Origin: Abditibacterium sp.
Lineage (GTDB): Bacteria > Armatimonadota > Abditibacteriia > Abditibacteriales > Abditibacteriaceae
Assembly (NCBI GenBank): GCA_965246885.1
Contig: OZ251992.1
Location: 1,824,001-1,888,000 of the forward strand
Direction: 5' to 3'
DNA: 64,000 nucleotides
The notes under the pieces were generated by a model. The model worked only from the letters and a program-made list of their open reading frames with translations. It was not told the origin of the DNA and ran no database searches. Numbering within the stretch: the stretch's first letter is position 1; the number at the start of each line of letters is the position of its first letter. The translations under genes were made by a program, and so were the position numbers. This document shows positions 9,528 to 19,700 of the stretch, one piece after another.

Positions 9528-10040
9528 TTGCCTCAAACTCCCCCTCTATTCATGCGATTTCTATTGGGCGCGGCGGGCGTGGCGCTGCTTTTGGACATGG
9601 CGAGCAAGGCGTGGGTGCGCGCGCACTTGGCGTTGGGGGAAACGAGGGAGGTGCTGCCGGGGTGGTTGCACTTGCAGCACGTCCAGAATCGCGGCGCGGC
9701 GTGGAGCGTGCTGGCGGGGCACACCACATTTCTGATTCTCTTCACGCTCGGCGTTATCGCGCTTCTTGTGCTGTCGGCGCGCGAGATAGCGCGGCAGGGG
9801 GCGCCTTCGGCGGCGGCGTTTGGGCTGATATTGGGCGGGGCGGTGGGCAACTTTCTCGACCGCGCGCGGCAAGGGTTCGTGACCGATTTCTTCCATTTCG
9901 ACACGCCGCTCCCTTGGCTGCAAACGTTTCCGGTGTTCAATGTGGCCGATTCCGCCTTGACTGTAGGGGTGGTGCTGTTGATTCTGTCGGCGTTGTGGAA
10001 GTCGCGCCGCGCGAAGACTGCGGCGCCCTCTGTTAACTGA
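9528..10040 (+). CDS. lspA: Lipoprotein signal peptidase II (start may be ATG 9552)
   Basis: NRGAAWS, GGAVGNFLDR, VTDF, FPVFNVADS. Confidence 0.95.
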   Translation: MPQTPPLFMRFLLGAAGVALLLDMASKAWVRAHLALGETREVLPGWLHLQHVQNRGAAWSVLAGHTTFLILFTLGVIALLVLSAREIARQGAPSAAAFGLILGGAVGNFLDRARQGFVTDFFHFDTPLPWLQTFPVFNVADSALTVGVVLLILSALWKSRRAKTAAPSVN

Positions 10041-10079
10041 ACCCCTGCCGCGCCTGCGCGAGGCGCCGATACTTCTCTT

Positions 10080-11048
10080 ATGCGTCCTATTCTCGCCGTC
10101 ATCCCGGCGCTTCCTCATTCCCTCGTCTGGCCCCTCGCGCTGTTGGCCCTACTTCTAAGCGGCACGTTTGCGCTCCGGGCGCGCAATGCTCTTCCGCTCG
10201 CCTTTGGAATGGGCGCGGCAGCGCTGGCGTGGGTGTGGAGCCGCGCGCCCATCACGCTCCACTCGTATGGCTTGATGTTGGTGCTGGGGTTCTTCGTTTC
10301 GACGTTTTTGGCGTGCGTCGAAGCGCGGCGGCGCGGGTATGACCCGAACATCCTGCTGGATTTGGCGATGCCGCTCCTGCTGGTGTCGGTGCTGTTTTGC
10401 CGGGTGCTGTATTTCTTCATTTACCCGTCGCAGTGGCAGGGCTTCAAAGCGGCGCTGCAAATCTGGAATGGCGGGTTGTCGTTTCACGGCGCGCTGATTG
10501 GGGCGCCTTTAGTGATTGCCTTCTACGCGCGGCGCCACAAGATGGCGTTCGGCACGCTCGCCGACCTCATCGCACCCGGCGCGTTCATGGGCTACGCCAT
10601 CGGGCGCATTGGCTGCTTGCTCAACGGCTGTTGCTACGGCCACGCCTGCGATTTGCCTTGGGCGGTGCGTTTCCCCGAAGAAAGTGACCGTTCCGTTGAC
10701 GCGGCGGGGCATTTCCTGCACCTGACGCCGCCCTCGCATCCGGCGCAGTTGTATTCGACTCTGATGGGCACGCTCCTGTTCGTAGTCATGTGGCGGCTGC
10801 GCTTGGTGCCGCGCTTCAACCGCTTTCCGGGTCAGTTGACGCTTCTCTTCTTCGCGTTCTACGCCTTGGAGCGGTTCATCATGGAAATATTCCGCAACGG
10901 CGCGACAGCGCCGCTTGCCTTCGGGCTGACGTGGCTAACGCAAGCACAGTTGGCGTCGGTCATCGGCATCATCGTCGTGGCGGCGCTCTATTCTCTCGGA
11001 CTGCGTCGCACGGCTCCTCGCTCGGTCGCGCAGTTGGCGCCGCGTTAA
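10080..11048 (+). CDS. lgt: Prolipoprotein diacylglyceryl transferase
   Basis: SYGLM, IWNGGLSFHG, GRIGCLLNGCCYG, HPAQLY, RFIMEIFR. Confidence 0.93.
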   Translation: MRPILAVIPALPHSLVWPLALLALLLSGTFALRARNALPLAFGMGAAALAWVWSRAPITLHSYGLMLVLGFFVSTFLACVEARRRGYDPNILLDLAMPLLLVSVLFCRVLYFFIYPSQWQGFKAALQIWNGGLSFHGALIGAPLVIAFYARRHKMAFGTLADLIAPGAFMGYAIGRIGCLLNGCCYGHACDLPWAVRFPEESDRSVDAAGHFLHLTPPSHPAQLYSTLMGTLLFVVMWRLRLVPRFNRFPGQLTLLFFAFYALERFIMEIFRNGATAPLAFGLTWLTQAQLASVIGIIVVAALYSLGLRRTAPRSVAQLAPR

Positions 11049-11057
11049 GTTCCATCT

Positions 11058-11717
11058 ATGAGCGACGACCCGTTCTTCCCGCCCGTCGAGGACGCCGACG
11101 AATACGGCGTCGTGCGCGTCGGCGGGTATCTGTCGCCCGCGCTCGTGTTGGAAGCGTATCGGCGCGGCATTTTTCCTTGGCCCCACACTGGCTACCCGCT
11201 TTTGTGGTTCGCTCCGCCGGAGCGCGCCGTGTTGTGCTTCCACGAACTGCGCGTCAACGCCCGCTTGAAGCGCGACTTGCGCGCGCGCGGGTACCGCATC
11301 ACCTTCGATACTGCCTTTGAGCGCGTCATCGCCGCGTGCGCCGGAACGCGCATCGTCGAGGGCGAACTGGACGACGGCACGTGGATTACACCTGCCATGA
11401 TTCGCGTTTACACCGAACTCCACCGGCAGGGCTGGGCGCGCAGCATCGAAGCGTGGGACGGCGAGCGGCTCGTTGGCGGCTTGTATGGCGTGCTGATCGG
11501 CGCCCACTTTTGCGGCGAGTCCATGTTCCACCGCGCGCCTAACGCCAGTAAAGCGTGTGTCGTCGCCTTAGTCGAGCGCCTCGCAAGCGGCGGCGCGACG
11601 TGGCTGGACATCGAAACCATGACCCCACATTTCGAGCGTCTTGGCGCCCGCGAAATCCCGCGCGAGCAGTTCACGCAGTGGATGCGAGAGGCTCAAGACA
11701 AGCCCTGCGCGTGGTAG
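11058..11717 (+). CDS. aat: Leucyl/phenylalanyl-tRNA-protein transferase
   Basis: AYRRGIFPW, GTWIT, LVGGLYGV, FCGESMF, NASK. Confidence 0.95.
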   Translation: MSDDPFFPPVEDADEYGVVRVGGYLSPALVLEAYRRGIFPWPHTGYPLLWFAPPERAVLCFHELRVNARLKRDLRARGYRITFDTAFERVIAACAGTRIVEGELDDGTWITPAMIRVYTELHRQGWARSIEAWDGERLVGGLYGVLIGAHFCGESMFHRAPNASKACVVALVERLASGGATWLDIETMTPHFERLGAREIPREQFTQWMREAQDKPCAW

Positions 11718-12865
11718 GATGGCAACAGAAACTGCGCCCGCGCCGCGCGAAATTCTTCGGCTTCCGCCCGCGCTTCTTCCAACGCCGCGTCCAACTCTCC
11801 ATCCCACAGCAACGCCAGCACGCGCGTCGAACCCAGCAACTGTCCCGCCTTTCGCCACTGCTCCGCCGGAAACTCTGGGTGCGCGCGGCGAAGCGCGGCC
11901 ATCACGCGCATCCCGAACTCAACGGGGCGCGACGGCACGCCGCCCGCTTCAGTGCTTGTGAAGCGCACGCCCACGCACGCTTGCCCCTCAAACGTCGCGC
12001 GCGTCGGCGTGACTTCGACGCGCTCCCACCCGAATGGGGTGCCCTCCAAGCACGCGGCGAGCGCGGCCTGCATCCGCTCGTAATCCAACCAAGGCGCGCA
12101 CAGAATCCGAAACGGCGCGTCGGTGCCGCGCCCGACGCCCACACTTGAAAACTCCAAAAGTGCCAAGCCGGGATACCACGCCGCGCTCGCGTAGTCGGGC
12201 AGGTTGGGCGACGGCTGGCGCCACGTGAGGCCGGTTTGGGGCCACGTCTGCCCGCGCTCCCAGCCTTCGACGGGTACGACGCGGAGCAGGGCCGCGTCCA
12301 GCCCTTTCCACGCGACGAAAAAGCGTGCTAACTCGCCCATCGTCATCCCGTGCTTGACTGGAAGCGGCGCGTAGCCGATGAAGGAGTGGAGGGCGTCTTC
12401 CATCACTGGCCCTTCCACGCCCAGTCCGCCGAGCGGGTTGGGACGGTCGAGCACGACGACTTCAATCCCGCGCGGCAAGGCTTCTTCCAACACGTGGAAG
12501 ACGGTCGAGGAGTAGGTGTAAAAGCGCGCGCCAACGTCTTGGAGGTCGCACACGATGGTTTCGATGCCGCGCAGCATCTCTTCGGTAGGTCGCCGCGTCG
12601 CGCCGTAAAGCGAATAGGCGGGCAGAGCGCCGACGGTGGAGGATTCGATGTTTCCCTCGCGGTCGGCGCGCGGCCCATGTTCGGGCGAAAAGAGCGCCAC
12701 GAGCGGCAAGCCGAGTTCGCGGCATACATCGAGGGCGCTCGTGCCGTCGAGCGCCGCGCCCGTCGGGTTGAAAAGCAGCGCGCATCGCTGGCCTTGTAAG
12801 TGGCGCGTAAGGGCGGGGTGGGCATGGACGCGCAAGGCGTCGAGACCGGGGTGAATAAGGGACAT
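11693..12865 (-). CDS. namZ: Exo-beta-N-acetylmuramidase NamZ (DUF1343)
   Basis: LFSPEHG, YSLYG, DLQDVGARFYTY, LDRPNP, HGMTMGELA, PSPNLP, GRGT. Confidence 0.92.
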   Translation of the reverse strand: MSLIHPGLDALRVHAHPALTRHLQGQRCALLFNPTGAALDGTSALDVCRELGLPLVALFSPEHGPRADREGNIESSTVGALPAYSLYGATRRPTEEMLRGIETIVCDLQDVGARFYTYSSTVFHVLEEALPRGIEVVVLDRPNPLGGLGVEGPVMEDALHSFIGYAPLPVKHGMTMGELARFFVAWKGLDAALLRVVPVEGWERGQTWPQTGLTWRQPSPNLPDYASAAWYPGLALLEFSSVGVGRGTDAPFRILCAPWLDYERMQAALAACLEGTPFGWERVEVTPTRATFEGQACVGVRFTSTEAGGVPSRPVEFGMRVMAALRRAHPEFPAEQWRKAGQLLGSTRVLALLWDGELDAALEEARAEAEEFRAARAQFLLPSYHAQGLS

Positions 12866-12876
12866 AGGAGGGAGTT

Positions 12877-13075
12877 TGGCGCCCGAATAGTGGGGGACGG
12901 CTCCCGTCCCCCACTATTCAGCTTCCGTCCCTCCCTATTCGAGCGCTGTTACTTGAGTCACGGCTTCCGTCCCGCATTATTCAGCCGTCGTTCCTTGAGT
13001 AACGACGGCTGAAACTCAAGTAACGGGCGCCCGAATAGTGGGTAACGGCGGCTGTTACCCGCTATTCGGCGCCCA
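12877..13075. repeat. 21-bp periodic array with internal inverted units
   Basis: About 9 units such as CGGCTCCCGTCCCCCACTATT / CAGCTTCCGTCCCTCCCTATT / CGGCTTCCGTCCCGCATTATT; one 22-bp unit. Confidence 0.8.
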
Positions 13076-13155
13076 TCCCCGGTTGTGCCCTCGCTGCTTT
13101 TGGCATCCTTTGAACCGCTTTCGGAAGTGGCAGGTCTCGCGCTTCTGGTTGTCAG

Positions 13156-16100
13156 GTGGTTTGTTTGCTTCAAAAGAAACGCTTTAAGGTCGCTTCTCCC
13201 GACATTCGCCCCGGTCACGACACGCCCGATTGGGAAGGCGCGGCGCGGCGCGCGCGTGGGGCGCGCAAAAAATTGGCGGGCGACGCGGGGCCATCCTCCC
13301 CGGCGTTGACGGGCGCGGGGCGGCGCTTGTTGTGGCTGATTCCGCTTGGCCTGTTCTTCGCGGCGCTGTATGCCCTGAGCGTCGGGCTATCGCTGTTTCG
13401 CGCCGACTATTCGCCTGCCGACCGCGTCGCGTCGCTGCTACTCGGCGGGGCGCTGCTGTTCGTCTTGCTGCACGGCTTGGGTTACGCGAACTCGATGATC
13501 AAGGCGTTGCGCGCTTCGCAGGCGCCGCCCAAGCTCCTGTTCGCGTCCGCCAACGCGCCGCGCGTGGTGTGCTTGGTGGCGTCTTTCAACGAGCCGCCGG
13601 ACGTGTTAGAAGAAACCATCGCGGGCGTGTGCGCGCTCGACTACCCCAACAAAGAAGTGGTGCTCTTGGACGACTCCACGCAAGAAGCCAAGCGCCGCGC
13701 GGCGGCAGACATCGCCCGCAAATACAACGTGCGTTGCGTGCAACGCGTGACGCGGCGCGGCTTTAAGGCGGGCGCCATCAACGACTTCCTGCCGCAAATC
13801 TCGGCGCCTTACATCGCCATGTTCGACGCGGACGCCTTGCCCGCGCCGGGGTTTCTGGGTGAGGTTGTGCCGCATCTGGGCCAGAACCCGCGCTTGGGCT
13901 GGGTGCAAACGCCACAGTTCTACGCTAACATCGCCGTCTCCTACACCGCGCTCGCGGCCTCGCGCCAACAAAGCGTCTTCTACGAATACATTTGCGAAGG
14001 CAAATCGGCTTCGCGCGCGGCGTTTTGTTGCGGCACGAACGTGGTGTTCGCGCGGCGCGCTTTGGAGGATGTTGGCGGCTTCGACGAAAACAGCGTGACC
14101 GAGGACTTCGCCACCAGCTTCGCGCTCCATCGGCGCGGTTGGGACTCGCTGTATCTCAACCGCGTCGGCGTCTTTTCGCTCGCGCCCGAAACGCTGGGCG
14201 CTTATTTCACGCAGCAGGGGCGCTGGGCTTTTGGCTCGCTCGGTTTGTTTCGCCCGTTTATGCGCGCGTTCTTTCGCAACCCGCGCGCGCTGTCGGCGGG
14301 GCAGTGGAGCGAGTATGGGCTGTCCGCCACCTACTACTGGGTCGGGCTGGTCAACTTCCTCTTTCTCTGCTTACCCATCGCGTACATCTTCTTCGGCGTC
14401 AAGCCCCTGCGCCAAGACGCCCTGACTTACCTCGCCGTCTTCCTGCCGTATCTGGCCTTCTCGCTGCATACGTTCTACGCGGGCATGGAAGGGCGCGGCT
14501 TCGCGGTCGGGGACATGATTTTGGGGCAGCAGTTGGGCTTCCTCTCGTTCCCGACGCACATCGGCGCGGGCATTTCGGCCTTGCTGGGGCGCAAGCGGCC
14601 CTTTGGCGTGACGCCCAAGGGCGTCGGCGGGCGCTTGTCGTATTGGAGTTTGTGGCCGCAACTGGGGATGCTTCTGCTCAGCGCGGTCGCGGGCGGGTGG
14701 GGCTTGTGGCGCTACTTCGCGGGCTTCGACCGCAACACGACGGCGGCGCTCGTCAACTCCTTCTGGGCGCTCTATCACGTGTGGATGCTCGGCTCGCTCT
14801 TCAAGCTCAACCGCCCCGCGCGTGTCGGGGCCACGCAGAAAGCGTTCTTCGCGCCTGATGGCGCAGCCGCGCCCGCGACTCTTTCACCGTTACGCGGTGG
14901 GCGCAATCCCTTGTCGCTGGGCCGCGTGACGGGCGCCCTCGCGCTCGCCTCGCTCCTCGCGGTCGGGACGCTGGCCGGGGTCGTTCTCGCGTGGAACCGC
15001 GCGCCGGTTTATCCGGTGAACGTCGTCGTCCTCGACCGCACGAGTGCCGGGGCGGGCCGCGAACATCGCGCCCTCTTGTGGACGCTCGATTACCTCAAGG
15101 TGCGCGGGCAAAAAAACGGGCCGCTTGGCAATGCGCGGGCGACCTACGACCCCAATCTCGATTACTTCGGCGCCTTCTTCCCGCCCGACGCCAAGGCCAA
15201 GCGCGACCCACGAAGCGGGCAAATGGTCGTGACGGGCGTTAACCGCCCGCTTCCGGCCTTTTTGCCAACGCCGGGAGCGATGTATATCGCCGACACCTTC
15301 GGCGAGTTCCGCGCGCGCGTCGGACGCGGCCAGAAAGAAGCGCTGTTTCGCGCCCGCAAGCGCGGTTTGAACCCGAAGGAAATCGCTTCCATTGGCGACT
15401 TCGCGGGGCGCGGGGGGCTGCTGATGGGCGAGTGGAACACCCTCGGCTACCCAACGCGGCCCGGCGGCTTCTTGCCTGAAGCGCAGTTGTCCCGCGCCTT
15501 GGAGCAGGCGCGGGCGGAGAAGGCGCGCATTGAACGGAGCGCCCTCGCGCGTGCCCAAGATGCCCTCGACGCCGCGCAGGCGACGCGCGATTTTCGGCGC
15601 ATCGGGTGGGCGCGCGGGCAGTTGGAGGACGTGCGCGGCCAAGTCGTGAGCGCCGAATATCGCGTGCGCGCCTTGCAAAGTCGCGCCCTGTTCAACGCCG
15701 TGCAAGCCAAACAAGCGCGCGCGGCGAAGCAATTGGAAGGCTTGTTCCATACGTCCTATGCCGGGTGGTATGGTCGCTTTGTAGACGACTTCGCTGCCGA
15801 AACGCGCTACGACCCGGCGCTGTATGCGAGCGTGGCCGCCGACCTCAAGCGGCGCTTTGGCCCACATGCGCCCGCCCCGCGCGGGCCGGGGTTCGTGTTT
15901 TATCCCGACGGCGAAGGCGAAACCATAGACCCGCAAACCGGCGCCATCCTCAAGTCGCCCTTCGCCCGCCCCGTCGCGGTTCTGGGCGCGGACTTGGGCG
16001 AGACGCCGGGCGCGGGGCTATGCCAGATCGTGCGCACCTCTGACCCGGCGCTACGCGCCGACCCGCTCCTTCGCGGTGTGCGCGCGGCGGTTCCAGCGCG

Positions 16101-16515
16101 CTTGTGGTTCGACCTCGTGCGCCCCGGCGTCGGCACGCGCGTGTTGGCGAACTACGAACTGCACATCTCGACCGAGACCGCCAAGCGGCTGCGCGTTGCG
16201 GGTTTTCCCCCGGAGTTTCTCGATAGCGGCGACACGCGCGTGCGCTTCCCGGCTCTTGTGGCGTTTCGGGATGGCGCCGACAGCAAGGGCGAACTGCGCT
16301 CGGTGTATTTCGCTGGCGACGCTTCGGGCTATGCGGACAGGGATGAAACTATCGCGCGCTTCCCGGCGCTGGGCGGCGTCGAAAAGTGGACGAGCGCGCG
16401 CTTGGGCGCGTTCGGAACGCAGTTTTTCTGGGGCTACTACGAGCCGGTGCTCCGCAACGTTTTCGAGTCCACGCCGCGTTTGCGTTATGCTGGAACGGGG
16501 AAAACGCCGCATTAA
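13156..16515 (+). CDS. Processive GT2 (cellulose synthase BcsA-like) fused to a large C-terminal extracytoplasmic domain
   Basis: DDS, KAGAIN, FDAD, QTPQFY, FCCGTN, TEDF, QQGRW; TM helices; ~500-aa soluble tail; start uncertain. Confidence 0.88.
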   Translation: MVCLLQKKRFKVASPDIRPGHDTPDWEGAARRARGARKKLAGDAGPSSPALTGAGRRLLWLIPLGLFFAALYALSVGLSLFRADYSPADRVASLLLGGALLFVLLHGLGYANSMIKALRASQAPPKLLFASANAPRVVCLVASFNEPPDVLEETIAGVCALDYPNKEVVLLDDSTQEAKRRAAADIARKYNVRCVQRVTRRGFKAGAINDFLPQISAPYIAMFDADALPAPGFLGEVVPHLGQNPRLGWVQTPQFYANIAVSYTALAASRQQSVFYEYICEGKSASRAAFCCGTNVVFARRALEDVGGFDENSVTEDFATSFALHRRGWDSLYLNRVGVFSLAPETLGAYFTQQGRWAFGSLGLFRPFMRAFFRNPRALSAGQWSEYGLSATYYWVGLVNFLFLCLPIAYIFFGVKPLRQDALTYLAVFLPYLAFSLHTFYAGMEGRGFAVGDMILGQQLGFLSFPTHIGAGISALLGRKRPFGVTPKGVGGRLSYWSLWPQLGMLLLSAVAGGWGLWRYFAGFDRNTTAALVNSFWALYHVWMLGSLFKLNRPARVGATQKAFFAPDGAAAPATLSPLRGGRNPLSLGRVTGALALASLLAVGTLAGVVLAWNRAPVYPVNVVVLDRTSAGAGREHRALLWTLDYLKVRGQKNGPLGNARATYDPNLDYFGAFFPPDAKAKRDPRSGQMVVTGVNRPLPAFLPTPGAMYIADTFGEFRARVGRGQKEALFRARKRGLNPKEIASIGDFAGRGGLLMGEWNTLGYPTRPGGFLPEAQLSRALEQARAEKARIERSALARAQDALDAAQATRDFRRIGWARGQLEDVRGQVVSAEYRVRALQSRALFNAVQAKQARAAKQLEGLFHTSYAGWYGRFVDDFAAETRYDPALYASVAADLKRRFGPHAPAPRGPGFVFYPDGEGETIDPQTGAILKSPFARPVAVLGADLGETPGAGLCQIVRTSDPALRADPLLRGVRAAVPARLWFDLVRPGVGTRVLANYELHISTETAKRLRVAGFPPEFLDSGDTRVRFPALVAFRDGADSKGELRSVYFAGDASGYADRDETIARFPALGGVEKWTSARLGAFGTQFFWGYYEPVLRNVFESTPRLRYAGTGKTPH

Positions 16516-16718
16516 GGCTCGCGTTCAGCTTGCGTGCCGTCGCCGAAATGGGGTGCGCGCGCGCCAAGGCGCGCCACATCAGTTAAAATAGCGCGAGGAA
16601 AGATGGCGCAAAGTTGTTTGTTGGCGCCTGTTTCTCGGTTTTGCGCGTCCCTGTCCCGCTTGTTGCGGGCGCACTCTTCATTTTGGTGGGCATACTCCAC
16701 CCGATTTTAAAAAAGTTT

Positions 16719-19700
16719 ATGAATCAATCGTTTATCGCTCCTGCCTTTCTTCTTGCGAGCACCTCGAACCGCGCGCGTTGCCTGCGTCGCGGCTTGCTAC
16801 TGAGCGGCGCGACGGGCGCGTTCTTGGCGACGGGCGTCCCGTCAGTTTTGGCCGCCTCGCTCGCACCCAAAGCCCCCGCGACTGCCAGCACCGCTTCCTC
16901 CGATGCAACGCTTTCGCTTTTAAAAAGCGCGCGCACACAAGAAGCGGCGGGTTCGCTCGCTTTGGCCGCCGTCCAACTGCGCGCGGCGATGGTGCAGTCG
17001 CCGCATGACCCCGCCGTCGCGCGCGAACTGGCACGTTTTTATACGCGTCAAAACCGCTTGGAAGAAGCGAGCATCGAGTGGCAACGCGTCCTCATCTTGC
17101 GCTCCCACGACGCCGAAGCGACCCGCGAACTGGCGCGCCTGCGCACTCTGACAGTCACGTCCACGCCCGAAGGCGCAACCGGCGTGGCCGATGTCGCGCC
17201 CTTGCCGCCCGTTGCTGGCCCGGCGCCCGCCGTGCGCGCGCAGTCCGCGCAGCACGCCAAGGGCGCGCCGCTTCCCCCCGTCGCCCCATCGGACGCAACG
17301 GAAGTGGCGTCCGGTGCAACGCTTCTGGCCCAAACTCCCCCCGACGACGCGCCGATGGCGCTTCCCTCCTCATCGGCCTCTGCTTCCGCTACGCCTGCAA
17401 CGGATGCCACCGATGACCTAACGGATGCGCCCGCTCCGGCCCCGGCGCCCCGCGCCCCGGTCGCGGCGGCCACCGATGTCGCGCCGCTTCCGTTTTCCCT
17501 GCCCGCGCGCCAAGGGGTTTACGCCTCGAAGAAAGCCCGCGCCGCCGCTTATCCCTTTGTCAACCGCGCCGCGCAATTGCTTCAAGCGGGACGCACCCAA
17601 GACGCCCTCGCCCAATACCGGCGCGGCGCCGAGCTTGACCCCGCCAACCCCTACGCCTTGCCCGGCGTGGCGACCGCCCAACTGATTCTGGGCCGCTTCG
17701 ACGATTCCGCCGCGACCCAGCGCCGCTTCTTGGCCGTTGCGCCCGCGTCCGCCGTAGATAAGTCGCTGCGCGACCTCGCCAACGCCCTGACCTACGGGCG
17801 CCGCTACCGCGAAGCGCTGGGCGTCAACGCTTTCATCTTGTCGCGTCAGCCGAACTCCTTCGATGCCGCTTTCCAGAACGGGCAAATCTACACCTACCTG
17901 CGCTCCTACAACAGCGCCGACGCCGCTTTTCAGCGCGCGCTTTTGATTGACGATTCCCGCGCCGATATGCTCGCCGCGTATGGCGAATCGCTGTCTTATC
18001 GCCGCGACCCGCGCGCCGTTGGAGTGTTCCAACGCGGCTTGCAAAAGCAACCGGGTAACCCCCGCCTCACGCTCGGTCTGGCCAACTACTACTCCTACGC
18101 GGGCCAGTTCGGGCAGGCCATCCCGCTTTTGCGCTCCGTCTTAGCCAAAGACTCCAAGAACGTTCCCGCGCTCATCGCCCTTGGCGACGCTTTGTCGTAC
18201 TCCGGCCAATCGGACGGTGCCGCTTCTGCCGTCACCTACTACCGCCGTGCCCACAATTTGCAGCCGGGTAGCCGCGCCGCGACTGTCGGCCTTGGCCGCG
18301 CCCTCGTGTACTCGAAGAACTACGCCGAAGGCGCGCGGCTTTTGAACGCTGCCGTCGCTGCCGACCCCAGCGATACAAGCGCCCTCGAAGCCCTCGCCCT
18401 CGCGCAAGGGCTGATGAAGCCCCCCTCGCCCAACGCCGGGAACAGCTACCGCAAGTTGCTCGCGCTCCAGTCTGACCCGGCGGCGCGCGCCCGCACCCTC
18501 GCTTCCATCGGCGATTTGCAGCTGAGCCGCACCGACGGCATCGGCGCCGCCACCAACTCCTACGCGCAGGCCGCGCAACTGGCACCGCGCGACCCCAAAA
18601 TCGCCCTCACCTACGCCCAGTTGCTTTCGTATTCGCCCAGTAGCGCGACCAATGGCGCCGCCACTGCAAGCGCCGCGCGCCGTGCCCTTGCGCTTGCGCC
18701 CAACAACCCGCAAGCCCTCGCCATTTTGCTGCGCGCTTCGCTTGAAACGGGCGACCACGCGACGGCCAACCAAATCGCCGCGCAGTTGCAAAACACCACG
18801 CCCGGCAACGCCGAAGACTCGCTCGCCCTCGCCCAAGCGTTGCGTGACGCTTCGCTTCCCACCGACCCGAACAACGCCGCGACGGGCAATCCCGCCTTGG
18901 CCGAAGCGTCGCGCAAGCTGCTGTTCCGCGCCGTGTCGCAAGTGAACAAGCCCGAAACCGCGCTCCGCTTGGCCGACGCCACCCGCGACGCGGGCGATTA
19001 TCCGACCGCAACGGCGCTTTATCAGCGCCTCTTGCAAACGCGCCCCAACGACAAAGCGGCGCGCTTGGGCTTGGTCAAAACCCTCTTCTACTCGAACAAC
19101 ACGACTGAAGCGCAATCGCAAGCCTCCGCCTTGCTCGCGGCCTCGCCGGGTGACGCGGACGTGCAAATCTTGGCGGCGCAAATCCTCATGCGCGTCGGCA
19201 CGCCCGAATCGCGCGACCAAGCCGCGCGCTTGGCCAACGCGGTGCTCACACAGAACCCGCGTAGCGCCGACGCCCGCACCATCCTTTCGGAGGCTTTAGT
19301 CACGCGCCAACGCTTCGCCGAGGCTCTTCAGCAATCCCAAGCCGCTGTCGCCGCCGACCCGAACAACCTGCGCGCGCTTCTCTCCCTCGCGCAAAACCTT
19401 AACTACACCCGCGACATCGAAGGCTCCATCGCTCGCTACCGCCAACTCATCCAACTCGCGGCTGCCGACACCACACCGCGCCTCGAACTGGGACAAATCC
19501 TGTTAGACCGGGGGCGCTACGCCGAAGCCGAAGCGCTCTATAACGAGGTGCTCATCCTGCGTCGCGGCGTCGCCCTTTTGCCGACGGTGCGCCGTGCCCT
19601 CGCGTCCAACTCCTTGCGCCGCTTGTCGCCCGATGCCGTCTCGATGCGCGCTTTGGCGCTCGTGACACCGCGCGTCCACAAGCACCGCGTCGTGGTGAAC

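Noticed and set aside
16585..16620. Possible c-di-GMP-I riboswitch (GAAA...GGCGCAAAG) upstream of the TPR gene
   Set aside because: The required paired stems and the GGCAAAC 5' element are not found.
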